DNA from: Enoplolaimus lenunculus
Taxonomy: Eukaryota
Length of the DNA stretch: 64,000 nt
Direction of reading: 5' to 3'
Assembly (NCBI GenBank): GCA_030248215.1
Contig: JASANG010000266.1
Coordinates: 310,001 to 374,000, forward strand
Below are positions 10,518 through 22,900 of the stretch, one piece after another. Position 1 is the first letter of the stretch; each line of letters begins with the position of its first letter. The position numbers were made by a program, and so were the translations under genes. The notes under the pieces are model-generated. The model was not told the origin of the DNA, searched no databases, and saw nothing but the letters and a program-made list of their open reading frames with translations.

Positions 10518-13500
10518 TATATATTGGTATTTTCAGATTATACAAATCAACGCTTTGGTCCTGAAATTGTATGCTTTGGAGATATTCCATTACATTTTGT
10601 GCGCTTCAGAGAATCTGCTCTACCTATTTTCTTGTCATTTTAACCAGTATATATATATACATACATATATAATGTAGCATAAAGCAACTCCACGCAAAAT
10701 GTGCATGCGAAATGATGGTATGGACTTCTTACTATGAAATCAGTTCCAAGTTTTAGCTTCAAGCTCTTATAGACGAGAGCGATTATAAACAACTTTCATC
10801 CAAGTCTGTGGTCACACAAGTCCAAACTATCTTTAAAATGAATCAAATTTCGGGCGCAGCGCGAAATATCTTTGTCATTTACTGTTAAAGTAGCTAAACT
10901 GCTCATATTTTAAATACAACTTATAAAATCTTCATATGCTCCAACCAGAGAAGACTCCACACGGCACACCTCACTCAAAACTTTTTAGTACCGTTCTTGC
11001 CTGTTTCGTTTAATGATAGTTACATTATCTTGAGTAAAATTGTAAGCCAGCGAGAATGACGAGCGAGGAAATTAGTTAGCAATTAGCAACCTAGTAGTTA
11101 TTGTAAGGCATGTATAGTGTCTAAAACCATTTAAACAAACACGGAAAGGTAGAATTGTGTCAAAAACTTACGAGCGAAGCGAGCGAACATTTAGTCGTAT
11201 TTCAAAACTTCGTTGGTTTTTGTTTCAACCGGTTAGTGTGGGCGGCGGTATGGAATGGCTGCTTCGGCTCTGTTAGGCGTTTACGATGAACACTTAGCTA
11301 CACAAATTTGACACTCGAGGTCGAGGAGGCTCTCACGTCATTTGGAGATACTGTGTACTGTGTACACATATCTATTTCGCGTATACAGTTTGCAATTTAG
11401 TTGCTCAGCGTATATTCCGTGTTAATTGGTTAAGGACAATGAACGCAATGGAAAAAATTTCCAATAAATGTTTAGCCATTTGGCGATTAGTATGCTCATG
11501 CTACTCTCTGTCGTTCTTCGTCGGGCTATGTGCTCGGGTGGTGAGCTCAGACAGACTTCAAACAAATATTAAAGATTCGCAATATCCAAAGTAGTTCAAT
11601 ATGTGCTAAAAATATAAGTGTAATTGAAAAGACTCTATTCCCACGACTACAGTCGAATCCCGGAAGGAATAAACTTTTTATTTTCTCATTACTAATACGA
11701 GTGCCTCGCATCTGACAGTGCTGAGCTTTGAATCCTAGCTTGAAATTGAATGTCAAATAAAAATAGAAAACGTTTAGCTGCGAAACGAACAATAGCCAAT
11801 TACTATGTTGCTAATCTTTCAACTGCGTAAATAGCAATGCATTGTCTTGCTGCTGGAAGAAGACTCAATTAAACTAAACTCAAACTGAATCCCGCAAGGT
11901 AAAGTTGTCAATTTATAAAATAATAAATGCAACCTACACGCTCACGGTAAAATTCGTAAAGGTCAATATGTCAGAAAAATAACGAACTATTTCATTTATA
12001 AATCAATACAATATTGAATAAATACGTTTCGCTGCAGGCTTGAAAATCGCTGTTGTCATCAATATGGCCGGCCGCAGTATCACAAATGAGATTACTCACA
12101 GAGAAGTAAACAGAAACGCCCAGAAAAAATTTAACAAAAGGTACTATAGAGTTTGTAGCTGTTTTGTGCTTTATTTTCAATGTTTGCATATAAAATAAAC
12201 TAATCGAGCAAGATTTGTGTCAGTTCCTGACGTCCGGGTAGCGCCGCACCGTAACAAACAAGGCAAAGACTGTCGAAAAATACAAAATCACGTTTACTAA
12301 TTCTGGAGATAGCAGCAGTTTGAAAAGAAGTTAAAATCAAAATCACTGTATTTAAATGAAAAGCAACGCAGCGCCCAGCTCTGCAGCCAGTTTGTATCAA
12401 ACGGAAGTCAATAGTTATCGGAAAAACACGAATATGATTACTGTAGGGACCTGAATAAGAGGGTGTCCCAATTGTGAGTCCCAATTATAATAAGAGTCTG
12501 TATCCCAAATAGAGGCCTTAAGCGGATAGAGTCCCTAAACCCTAATTATATTCTATAAACGTCAATCATACCTAATTGTAATGCATGAATGACTACAGGA
12601 CAAAAACAAAGTTGAGTTCAAAACTTTGAAGCACGCGTAGGTTTAGGCTTTGATTTTGCTTGTTCTTAACCTTAGGCTTAGCGAACAGGCCCGTATAGTT
12701 AACATTGGCCAAAATAGCTAAAACAAATAGGAAGCACACACAAATACAAAATTTTCACCCTGTGTAATACGTTATGGTCACCGCCCTCGGGCCGTGACTC
12801 CTGTTTTCACTTGCGGTATCTTTCAAAGAATTATGTATTTTAAATAGGGTACAACGTTTTTGTTGAAAATCTTATCGTAAAGTTCTGCGCTAGAAGTTTC
12901 ATCAAAACAGACATGAAACAATAACACAATCATTCGCTATGCGTAATTTATATAAATGAAATGTAGCAGATAAAAACAGAGGCGCAGCAGCGAGGCTAAC
13001 AACTTAGCGGCTCCCATTAAACGTTAACTCAAATTATCGGTTTTATATAATTCCTACAGAGGGAATAGTTCTGGAAAAGACCACGTGGATCCGCCAGTGT
13101 TTGACTGCAGTGATATCTTTGATTTTAATTTACGTTCCATCCTCAGCTATTTTTGTAAATTTGAAAGTTTCCTGTTACCTGTTAATTACATAACAAGAGT
13201 TAATAATTTTGTATGCTAAGCTGTATGATAAAAGGTGGCGTATGCACTGTTATATAACACATTTGTGCAGCCAATCAGCGGCTCAGCTTCGGTAACTCAA
13301 CCTAACGGCACCTCGCTACCCGCTGCGCCGAGAGTACAACTTCAGGTTCGGCCGTCCGTTGAAGCATTACTCGCAGTTTCGCTTACCGAAGGCCACACCG
13401 AAGGTCAGTTTTGAGACCAGGGGGAAACCTACTGTGAGATGGCTCGTGGTGTGCATCCTGGCCTTTGGTAAAATATGTGTCTATAGATTCCATCAATTAA

Positions 13501-15568
13501 GGCAAGAAAACTGTTCGTTTCAAACTAAAGCTTGGTCGCTCACTTAGCTGGCAGTTAGCGAACTGTGGGCTAATTTTCAAAGTTCGAAATGCCGAGATTT
13601 CGCAAACGCATGCTTATAATAACAAATTTATTGACAACGTTTTGTAGAATTAACGTTAAAATTTAAGTCAGCAACATTTTATACGCAATTTTGTTTAGCC
13701 TACGGCTCCGGGTTTGCTTTTTCGAATAGTAGAAGATTATTAAATTTAAGATGCAAACATTAAAGAAAAATATTTATCATACAAATATTGTCAACAATCG
13801 GCGATTATTTTTCACTTTTTCGAGCAAAATCTTTCATTAAATTGAATGCTGCATGTAGCGAACCATTATATAGAAGCTTTGACATATTGCGTAATTTTAA
13901 TAGACATAAAACAAAGTTTTAATAGACATATAAAACAGACGAAATTACGACTAAGCAACAACGATATAGTATACAGCAAAAATGTTACAAACAAAAACGC
14001 AAACGGTTAGTGATCAAAATATTAAACAAAAACGAATACGAAAACAGATATTTAAATTATGAACGTTTAGGAAAATGTGTCTTTATTTACAATACAACCT
14101 AGATTTTCAAATATTCATATAGATTTTTAAAAGTTTTTACAAATAAAAGACTTGAATGGCCCAATTGAAAATTGTGAATAAAATGTTTCGCTGTTTGAAA
14201 TCGAACCGTTCTCAAACAGTGAAGAAAATACCGAAAATTTTGTTTAATATCGCGGTATGTTAATTAATAGTTTGAAAAATTACGCATTTGTGTATCAATG
14301 GATTTTTCAGTTTACATCGGGACCGCAATGATTAATAGATTTGAATTAAAAATGAAAAAATCCATTCAAAATTGTTTAAAATTTGTGCGCATCCGCTATT
14401 TTTGATTTAAAACATAAGACAGGCCACTGGTTACTTCAATGCCGTAAGTGTATAGGCGAAAAAATAAAAAAAACTTCAAAACCCCGTTACTTCAACGCCC
14501 ATTGTTTGTTTTTGTTACCGTTAGTTTGTTCACTTATCGTTTCCGCTTGCGTTACTTATATTATCGATTTATACCCTAAAGCAAAATAATGAACTAATGT
14601 TCACCAATTCTAAACCGGGAAGTGTTCCTTATATTTAAATATTTTACCACTTAAAGTTATATAATTCAAAAGTTGAATTTGAAAGTTACTGACATTATCA
14701 GCTAAAAGAAACAACGACAGCCGTTAAATAGGACTTTCTGATAAATCTTATTAATATAGCTCTAGCCGGTCATATTCTTGGTTTGATGTTCCTTAATGAA
14801 AAAGTTCTGACTGAGTGTCTATAACCCTTTCACTCATAGAGTATGCTATGAGCAAGTAAATACAATAACGAGCAATACACACACTGTGCGCAGTATATAA
14901 CATTTATAACATATATGCGCAGTGCAAAATCTCCACAAGACGTGAGCGCCCCGTCGGGCTCGCGCGTCAAGTGTTCATGTGAGAAAGGATAAATTCTCAC
15001 AGGGCGAAAAATTCGGCACAAGTCTAGCTCTTGTTCACTATATAGGGACCTACCTATATACTATACGACCAAATTAAAAAATCGGTAAAAGTCTAGCCCT
15101 TGTTTTATATAGGAATCTGCCTACGACAAGTCCAAATCTAAGCCAAAATCTAAAACCCTAAGATGAGTAAGCCTTAACTAAGTTCCAAGAGCTAGCAGCA
15201 ACTCATAATTATTTGTGTGGTTATAGTTTACAACACATGTCACCTATGATTGAAACAGTTCCTGTTCACTGTTTAGCTATCACAGATTCTTTTGTATATT
15301 GACTGATCACTCTTGTTTTCTGGCTCATGTAAAGAACAGGGGTGAAACAATTTTTCTGCGGGACTGCAATAGAGTAAGCTTAAGCCTTAGATTAATTTTT
15401 TGCTTAGGCTTAGGTTTAGGCTTAAGTATAAGCTCATTCTTAATGCTCAGGCTTAGGCTTAACAATATGCTTCCGCAATTTCAGAAGAAATTTATCAGCA
15501 CCGGCAAATGATGTACACGTATATTTATATTAAACTCCCATAAATCGCTGGTAGGTAGTGTGTGATTA

Positions 15569-16010
15569 CTGTATTGACCCGAATAAGAGGAGGTAATAAG
15601 AGGGGGTCCCCATTTTGAGTCCCGATCAATAGGAGTCTGTATCTCTAATAAGAGTCCGCAAGCTGATAGAGTCCCTAAACCCTAATTAGAGTCCATATCT
15701 GACAATTATCCCTAATTGTAACGCACAAATGACTCCAGGAACAAATAAAGTTGAGTTCGAAACATAAAGCGTACTTAAATTTTGAAAAGAATATTCCAAA
15801 GTATAACCTTGCATTATCGCTCAAGCTTTTGATGCAAGGTTAAAAACGTTTAATTCAACGGATAGTTGCAATACCGAATATATACCAGTAACGAAAGACG
15901 GCGGAGGGCGGGTTACAAATAAATAACAGTCTGTAACCGAATAACAAGGGAGGGTACCCTCTGGAGAGGACAAATAAATGTTAGTCCCCCTCTTATTCGG
16001 GTCACTAGAG
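15569..16010 (-). mobile_element. TA-flanked MITE, same family as 9121-9567, opposite orientation
   Basis: Reverse-complement similarity over the full length; TIRs and TA flanks. Confidence 0.85.
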
Positions 16011-16912
16011 TAAAGTTCTTGGTTCTGAATTTGTCTGCAGAAAAGAAGTGTTGTTCTGTCTGATAGCCGAACTATAGAGTAATTTTTATCCGACCGAAAA
16101 GGAAAGCGACCGCCCACAACTGGCCTCACCTCTTCTCCAAAAAAGTACAGGGTAAAACATCATTGCCATAAAAATTGGTTATTAAATAATGGCTATGTTT
16201 CTGAAACCGTAGTTAAGTACGACTTCACTTCAGTATGCGCTAAGCAAATTACTTAACAAATTATTTGTTTCTAAAAGACAACTTAAGTTTCAAGTACTTA
16301 AGTTACAGACCAAAAAAGACTTAGTTACCCCGTCTTCACCACTATATATTTTTTATGAAATTTAAAACTGGTAAAGTTACCACGGAATCTACAGAAAACC
16401 AACATTTTCCAATCAGATTCTCAACTTTAACTCGTTCATCTCATTGAAGTATATAAAAGGAACCTTATCTCATGTTTTTCATATCGTTGCTTTGAAATTT
16501 CGTTCAATACTGGAAATATCAGGAATGAGCTGAGCTTCATACGGTCGTTTTTTACAACAAACAACTTCCCAATCAAGATTATTGAGCACACTTTAAATCG
16601 GTTTTTGAATGAAAAGATGGGTAACCTAACCTGTCACAGTCTAATCCAAGCATTTGGATGAGCGGTTTAAACGTTGCAGCTAAACTTTAACACTGAAAAT
16701 ACTAAAAAGTTGCTTTCCCAGGCTGAACGCTTGCAATTTTATTGCAATATTCAAAATTATAATTATGCCGAAGCGCCGTAAACAGACTCAGTCGAAAACG
16801 AGCCCCAAAATGGGTTAACCATTACAGCAACAACAACGTCTGGACCATGCACAAATATCTCTGGCAGCGCAGAACAGTCCACAACAAAGATTTGTACGTT
16901 AATTCTTTAATA

Positions 16913-17130
16913 CACTGTAAAAAATGGGGAGTCAATTTGACTCTCTCGGAAATAGGCTTTTCCTGCCTACACATACTGAGTCAAATTTGACTCCAACATA
17001 GTCAAATTGGACTCACTGAGTGATTCAGTGAATCGAATTTGACTCTGGCGGAGTCAAATTTTACTCAGTCTGTGTAGTCAGAAATGCCTATTTCCGAGAG
17101 AGTCAATTTGACACCCCATTGTTTGCAGTG
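16913..17130. mobile_element. Near-palindromic MITE with CACTG...CAGTG ends and TA flanks, inserted in the Penelope remnant
   Basis: Long inverted arms (ggggagtcaatttgactctctcggaaataggc / gcctatttccgagagagtcaatttgacacccc); a related fragment lies at ~62701-62785. Confidence 0.8.
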
Positions 17131-17936
17131 TACGCGTTTTCAGAGCACATTCCGGTTTTAAGAAACTTTTAGGCAGATCTTCCAAAAATTCTTTGGAAGA
17201 AAAATTTAGATCTAAGAATTGTTTTTATAACCATTCTAAGCTTTTGATCCTTATTTAACTATAAGGATCAACTACTCAGGTTTTTATGTTCGCAAGTAGT
17301 ATATAAGTTTACCTGTTCCAACTGTCAGTTGGGCTCTGTCGGTTCTACAAACAGACAATTATACAAACGAATTTGCGAACATAAAAAAATTTCGGATCGC
17401 ACCCTTAATGAAACTACAACAAGTGCTCTACAAAAATCTGCCATGTCTGACCACTGTCAGAGCACGAGTCATAACACTGAGTGATTCAGTGAATCAAATT
17501 TGATTCTGGCGGAGTCAAATTTGACTCAGTCTGTGTAGTCAGAAATGCCTATTTCCGAGAGAGTCAATTTGACACCCCATTGTTTGCAGTGTACGCGTTT
17601 TCAGAGCACATTCCGGTTTTAAGAAACTTTTAGGCAGATCTTCCAAAAATTCTTTGGAAGAAAAATTTAGACCTAAGAATTGTTTTTATAACCATTCTAA
17701 GCTTTTGATCCTTATTTAACTATAAGGATCAACTACTCAGGTTTTTATGTACGCAAGTAGTATATAAGTTTACCTGTTCCAACTGTCAGTTGGGCTCTGT
17801 CGGTTCTACAAACAGACAATTATACAAACGAATTTGCGAACATAAAAAAATTTCGGATCGCACCCTTAATGAAACTACAACAAGTGCTCTACAAAAATCT
17901 GCCATGTCTGACCACTGTCAGAGCACGAGTCATAAC
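17014..17936. repeat. Tandem duplication, 461-bp unit x2
   Basis: 17014-17474 and 17475-17935 differ by only a few substitutions. Confidence 0.92.
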
Positions 17937-18226
17937 TGTTCATTCGATGGTTTCTCCATCATTTCCAGATTGCCACATGATGTCAATTATTTCCATAGCA
18001 GTTTCTGTCTGAACCTCTTGGAATCTCTGAAGATTAAACAACTGTCCACACTGCCCCAATAATATATATTTGTTGTGTGTACTCCTGCTACATTGCTGTC
18101 CCGGAAAATGGGACTTCTTTTGCTGAACATTGGCCAACACTTTTAAGATTTTTAATAAATTTCGTAATTTTTTGTTTCATTTCGAACATGAAGCATATTT
18201 CTATGTTAACTAATATTTATTTCGTA

Positions 18227-18456
18227 CTGTAGTGACCCGAATAAGTGGGAGGACTGATATTTATTTGGCCTTTCAGAGGGTACCCCCTAGTTATTCGATT
18301 ATGGAATGCATTTATTTTAACCCGCTCTCCGCAATTGACGGTTTAACGACTCTACCCACTTTTACCCATCCTTTTTAGGAATTCGGACCTTTTTGATTTG
18401 GACTGGAAAAGGGAACTACTACCCTCTTTTACCCACTCATATTCAGATCACCACAG
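18227..18456 (+). mobile_element. Shorter copy of the TA-flanked MITE family
   Basis: TA|ctgtagtgacccgaataag...tattcagatcaccacag|TA. Confidence 0.75.
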
Positions 18457-19089
18457 TACAGCACAGTGCGGATACAATATAGTGCATGAAGACGACATCT
18501 ATTAAAACTAAAGAATCAAAAGGTTAAAGATACTATAAAAGAACTGCTTTTGACATGAACATCTAAAATTCGGAAAGATTCAGCATTGTCACTTCCGCTA
18601 TTTTTTGTCAATTTTATAGTCTTCACAAAATGAAGTGTTTGCTTATCGTCATTTTATTATTTGTGATTTACAACTACAATGTTTATTTAAAAGTAGATTT
18701 ATATGACAATTTAACATTTATCTCGTATATATTCCGCAAATTAGCTTGCTAGTTTCATTATTGGAATGGAGGGTTCATTTCCTTCTTTTCTGATGACGGA
18801 CTAATAAGATATCAACTGTGCGTCCCTCACCAAATTTTAACAAATATGTCAAAAATTGGCGTGAAGTAGTGTAAACATCGTTATTTTTGTGTTAATTAAT
18901 TGGATGTTAGAAATCGGATGTACTGTCTGTGGGGGTCTATTTAAAGAAGTAGGGATCTCCATTCGATCCGTAGGGAGATGTTGAGGATTCTGATGGACTC
19001 TAAAACACAACTGGCTCAGATTAACGTAGCCTATTGCCCTGCTTCCTTTTTTAAATAAAGCGCGATACTGTCGTTTTAAATACGAATAC

Positions 19090-19297
19090 TGTCGGTATAT
19101 GTGCACGTAAGTGTGTGTAAAGCAAATGTTGCCATGCCTGTGCACATATACCGGTATAAGAAGTTGTCGCAATGACCGCGTAGTGTAGTGGTAGCACGCT
19201 TGGCTCGAGAACAAGAGGGCCAAGGTTCGATATCCGGTGTGGTCATTAACTGTGGCAAAACTTCAAACAGGGGTCGTGCAGACCGTTAGTACCAACA
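19090..19297 (+). mobile_element. Solo LTR containing a tRNA-like cloverleaf
   Basis: TGTCGGTA...TACCAACA termini (7/8 inverted match); perfect 5-bp TSD AATAC (19085-19089 and 19298-19302). Confidence 0.75.
19174..19245 (+). pseudogene. tRNA-like sequence (pseudo-tRNA, nominal anticodon CGA) inside the solo LTR
   Basis: 7-bp acceptor stem GACCGCG/TGTGGTC, D arm GTGT/GCAC, A box TAGTGTAGTGG, B box GGTTCGATATCC. The T stem is mispaired, the variable arm is too short for tRNA-Ser, and there is no T-run terminator. Confidence 0.7.
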
Positions 19298-19381
19298 AAT
19301 ACGAGCAATAAACACCAAATAAACATTTTACCGTTAGTATCAAATTTTCAATTACGGTTTTCATCGAATTTTGATGCTAAT

Positions 19382-19543
19382 TGTCGGCACGTGAGACATG
19401 CTTGTCCTGGGGTACATACATATATATGCAACACATGCAATGCACATTGTGTTGCAATCTATCCGGAAGCATACGTGTCTACAAATATAGTAGACTATAA
19501 AGCGGTTGACGGGCTACGTGGTGCAGTGGTGAATCGTGCGCTA
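19382..19543 (+). mobile_element. Diverged, truncated LTR of the 3464-4186 family
   Basis: tgtcggcacgtgagacatgcttgtcc...acaaatatagtagact...gggctacgtggtgcagtgg aligns with the LTR 5' part and A box. Confidence 0.65.
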
Positions 19544-19811
19544 GAAATGGCAAATAGGTAAAGGAAGCCTTGAAAATAGAATAAATGATGATATAAATTC
19601 TGGCCGGAAAGAACTGAATTATTGAAAATAAAGGTCGAGAAAGAGATGGCTAGGAGGAAGGGGAGGTAGAGAGTGAGCAGAAGCGTGATACTTCATCAGT
19701 AGGTATTTTGCACATAGCTGCGACTGTTCACTCAGCTATACGTATGCTGCGTTGGATAAGTAGTGTGTCCACCTTCATAGGTTGTCGTATTACAAAGCAA
19801 GTAACTAAATA

Positions 19812-19922
19812 ATGGGTGCGTATCTTTCTGAACCAGTAACTACGAAGGAAACAGAATCTGGCGCAAACGGAGTGATTGAATATGCTGCAGCAGCAATGCA
19901 AGGTTGGCGTATAAACCAAGAG
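19812..19922 (+). CDS. PPM1G: PPM1G coding exon 1
   Basis: [13 protein letters not shown]...[10 protein letters not shown]; donor gtaacg; Gly2/Ser6 myristoylation-type N-terminus. Confidence 0.95.
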
Positions 19923-22900
19923 GTAACGTTTAGCTTCACCTTATGTCTAAAATCAATTTGTACGAATCTGTGATCCAAGGTGCAACCGGCCGGTTTCGAC
20001 ATTTTTGCACCTCTCGGTTCCGGTAAATTTTTTACCGGAACTAAAAATTCTGGTATTAATTTTTGGTCGTTTTAAATGTACTATTTCATATTCCAGTTGC
20101 GCTAATTCCAATTGCACCATGGTGATCATGTTGTAATCGTAAAACCAAACTATAGGTAGTTAGTTATAGTTGGGTACATATTTATAAATCAATGTAAATT
20201 GTTTATTTCAAATAAAAACTGTGTCCTCCTGTATTCCTGTGTTTTAATTTCTACTTATATGTAATCGTTAAGACATTTTCAAAGTTCTAATTTTCCGAAG
20301 TTTTGCAAAAGCGCGGTTGACAAATTTTTGTCCACACTTATGGATTTACTGTTAAAATTTAAGTCAACAACATTTTGACTATACGCAATTTTGTTTCACC
20401 TACGGCTCCGGCTTTAGTAGTTTTCGCCACCGGTTGCCCAGTACTATTTTGCAGTAGAAGATTATAGCAACGGGACTTACTGTTTATTTGCTGTAAACTT
20501 TTGTTATATTCGAACTTACGTATTAATAATTTACCAATGCATACCACTTGACCAAAGAAACCAATACGCTTAGCGTAACCCATTAAACTGAAAATAATTT
20601 GAAAGAACTTCTGCCTGCCATCGATTTGTGCCTTGTGAAAAAAGTTGGCGCCTGCTGTGGAGAAGCCAGATTTGTTCCAACCTGTGTGCAAATGTAAACG
20701 AATAGTTTAAAAACGGAAACGGATGGTGATTAATATAACAGAAAAAGAAGCGGAAAAGGATATTGAATTATCAAAGTTTCAAAAATCTTTTTTCTGCTAA
20801 TATAATTGAGGCATGAAATATTCACCTGGCTTTTTAGAATTTAAAAGAAAATGCAACTGCGCCAGAAATTTTTAAGATTGTGGATAAATATCGTAGTTTT
20901 TGTTTTATATTGAACAATTGTAACATATCTATAATGAAAAATTATGAAACATTACGTAATGTATACTTACTAATTTTGAGCTTAAAAATAACAAATTTCG
21001 GTATTTCTATACCGGAAACGGAAACGGACACCGATTTTCACCGATGAACATATTCGGTGTAAGGTATTTTAAACGAATTTATGACCTCTCAAACAAATGG
21101 ATGATGTCCAAATTGGGTTCTTTTTCAGGACGCACACAATACTTTATTGGATTTCGAGCAGAACACGTCTATATTTGCTGTATATGATGGCCATGGCGGT
21201 ATGTCATAAAGTTTTAGCTGTTATTAGCCAGATTGCTTTCCAGTTGTGTATTATACATATTCTTTTTGTATTGCTGCAATCATTGTTTTGTTAGATATCC
21301 CCATTAGCAGGAAAGGGACGCTGAATTGCAATGACGTAGTGTCGCACCCTCAAAAACTCTTGAAAATCCTTGAATCTAAGTGCTAGTCTTGAAAACATTG
21401 AATATGAAGGGGAACCCTTGCAAACCCTTGAACTCGGTCTCACCGGTTTTCGAACTACTATTGACTTTTAGTTATAACACTTGTGATAAGCATCGAATAA
21501 AATGAATTATACATTGTCCGGCACATCTTGTCAGATAATTGTTTAGGATATTTTTTATCCGGATAATATTTAATACGAATAATTTTAAACAATATGTATA
21601 TAGAATGCATATTAATGAAAAACCCCATAATCCACCATCAGTTATGTACCAGGGTGCGACGTGATTTCAAAAAAGACCGGAGCCAAATAATATAATACCC
21701 GGCCAAACCAGGACAGTTGACTTAAATCGAATACTAGATGGCCTTCAAATGGCATTCAAATATGTGGGCATAGCTAACAATTTCCGTTGAATAAGATATG
21801 CAAAGTGTTTTCGTGAAAAAGCTTAGCAGCTCACGCCGATGCCTTTTTGACACTTTATCAAGGCTCTAAATAGTGGTGGCTAATATCAAGGCTATTTAGT
21901 TATAGACTTGTTTTTATCTGAAGTTTAGGCTTAGGAAAGGAATAGGAATATACTGAGTTATATACTATTACGCCCCTAAAATAACATTGATCATGTTAGT
22001 ACGCTTTCCGGCGTTATTATTGTTACCCAATAAAAATTGTGAATGTATCCCAGCACGTGCAAACATTTACGTTACATACGTACATAATGGCAGGAAAACA
22101 TATTACTTAAAAGCAACTCAGTCAGTTCCATGGCAGTTGGCTCAAATACAAATGATGGCTTAAGAAAACGTCCAGCGAGTTAAACTTAAAATACCAGAGC
22201 CGAATTTTAGCCGGAGCGGAGCCGGATATCTTGTCGCACCCTGTTATGTACCTATGCCTTGTATGTCCAATTAGTTTCTCAAATTTTCAGTAATCGTAGG
22301 CGCAGCTTATATACACATTTCCGTTTCCGGTTAGAACTACAACTTTAAACATGTTCCTAGTTCGTTAGCGTCACCTTATCAGTTGTTTTCGGTCGGCTTC
22401 AGTTCCGTGGCTAGAATATTCGAGCTTCTTCTAACCTAACAAGTTGAGTCTTGAGCCTTATAAATGGTTCAGTCCACTCAAATCGATTTTAAATATAAAA
22501 CAGGTGTTGCTTAACCTTGGTTTGATTCGGCTCATTCAAAACCGATAACTTAAATGCTATGTTGAACCTTCAATTTTTCCAAATTGACACCGAGTTCGAA
22601 CTTCTGTTGCCACCTTTTTTAGAATTAATATATATACTTGAAATCTGGAAATCAGGATTTCGTGTCCGGATATCTGAGGCCTAAAGAATAATATCCGAAT
22701 AAAAACTAATTCATATCTTTCCGTTTTTGTTGTTTTTAATATCCGTTTACACCTGGAACAGACCGTTAAATTTAGCCCTAAATTGACAAAAGCAATAAAG
22801 TTTGCTGTAATTTTTGAAAAGTTATTATCCTCTTATGGTTCTGTGGGGTGTAGGCTCTTTTTCATGTAGCACTTGGTAGATTTGTGTAATTTTCAGGAGC

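Larger units (their letters stand above)
16340..18062 (+). mobile_element. Decayed Penelope-like retroelement (RT C-terminus plus GIY-YIG endonuclease)
   Basis: Frameshifted translation TGIYRKPTFSNQILNFNS...ELSFIRSFFTTNNFP (RT thumb) and SQVVYKFTCSNC...GSTNRQLYKRICEH...SAMSDH...NLLESLKI (GIY-YIG type). Confidence 0.85.

Noticed and set aside
13265..13480. Structured ncRNA or promoter (CCAAT, 9-bp inverted repeat cttcggtaa/ttaccgaag)
   Set aside because: No diagnostic motif of RNase P/MRP, 7SK or telomerase RNA, and no linked gene; could be a repeat fragment
12775..14975. GC hairpins (gtcaccgccctcgggccgtgac at ~12777; gagcgccccgtcgggctc at ~14944) as Helitron ends or terminators
   Set aside because: No CTRR end or element boundaries could be defined
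19174..19245. Functional tRNA-Ser(CGA) gene
   Set aside because: Broken T stem, mismatch at the anticodon stem base, no long variable arm, no terminator, and it lies inside an LTR with a TSD
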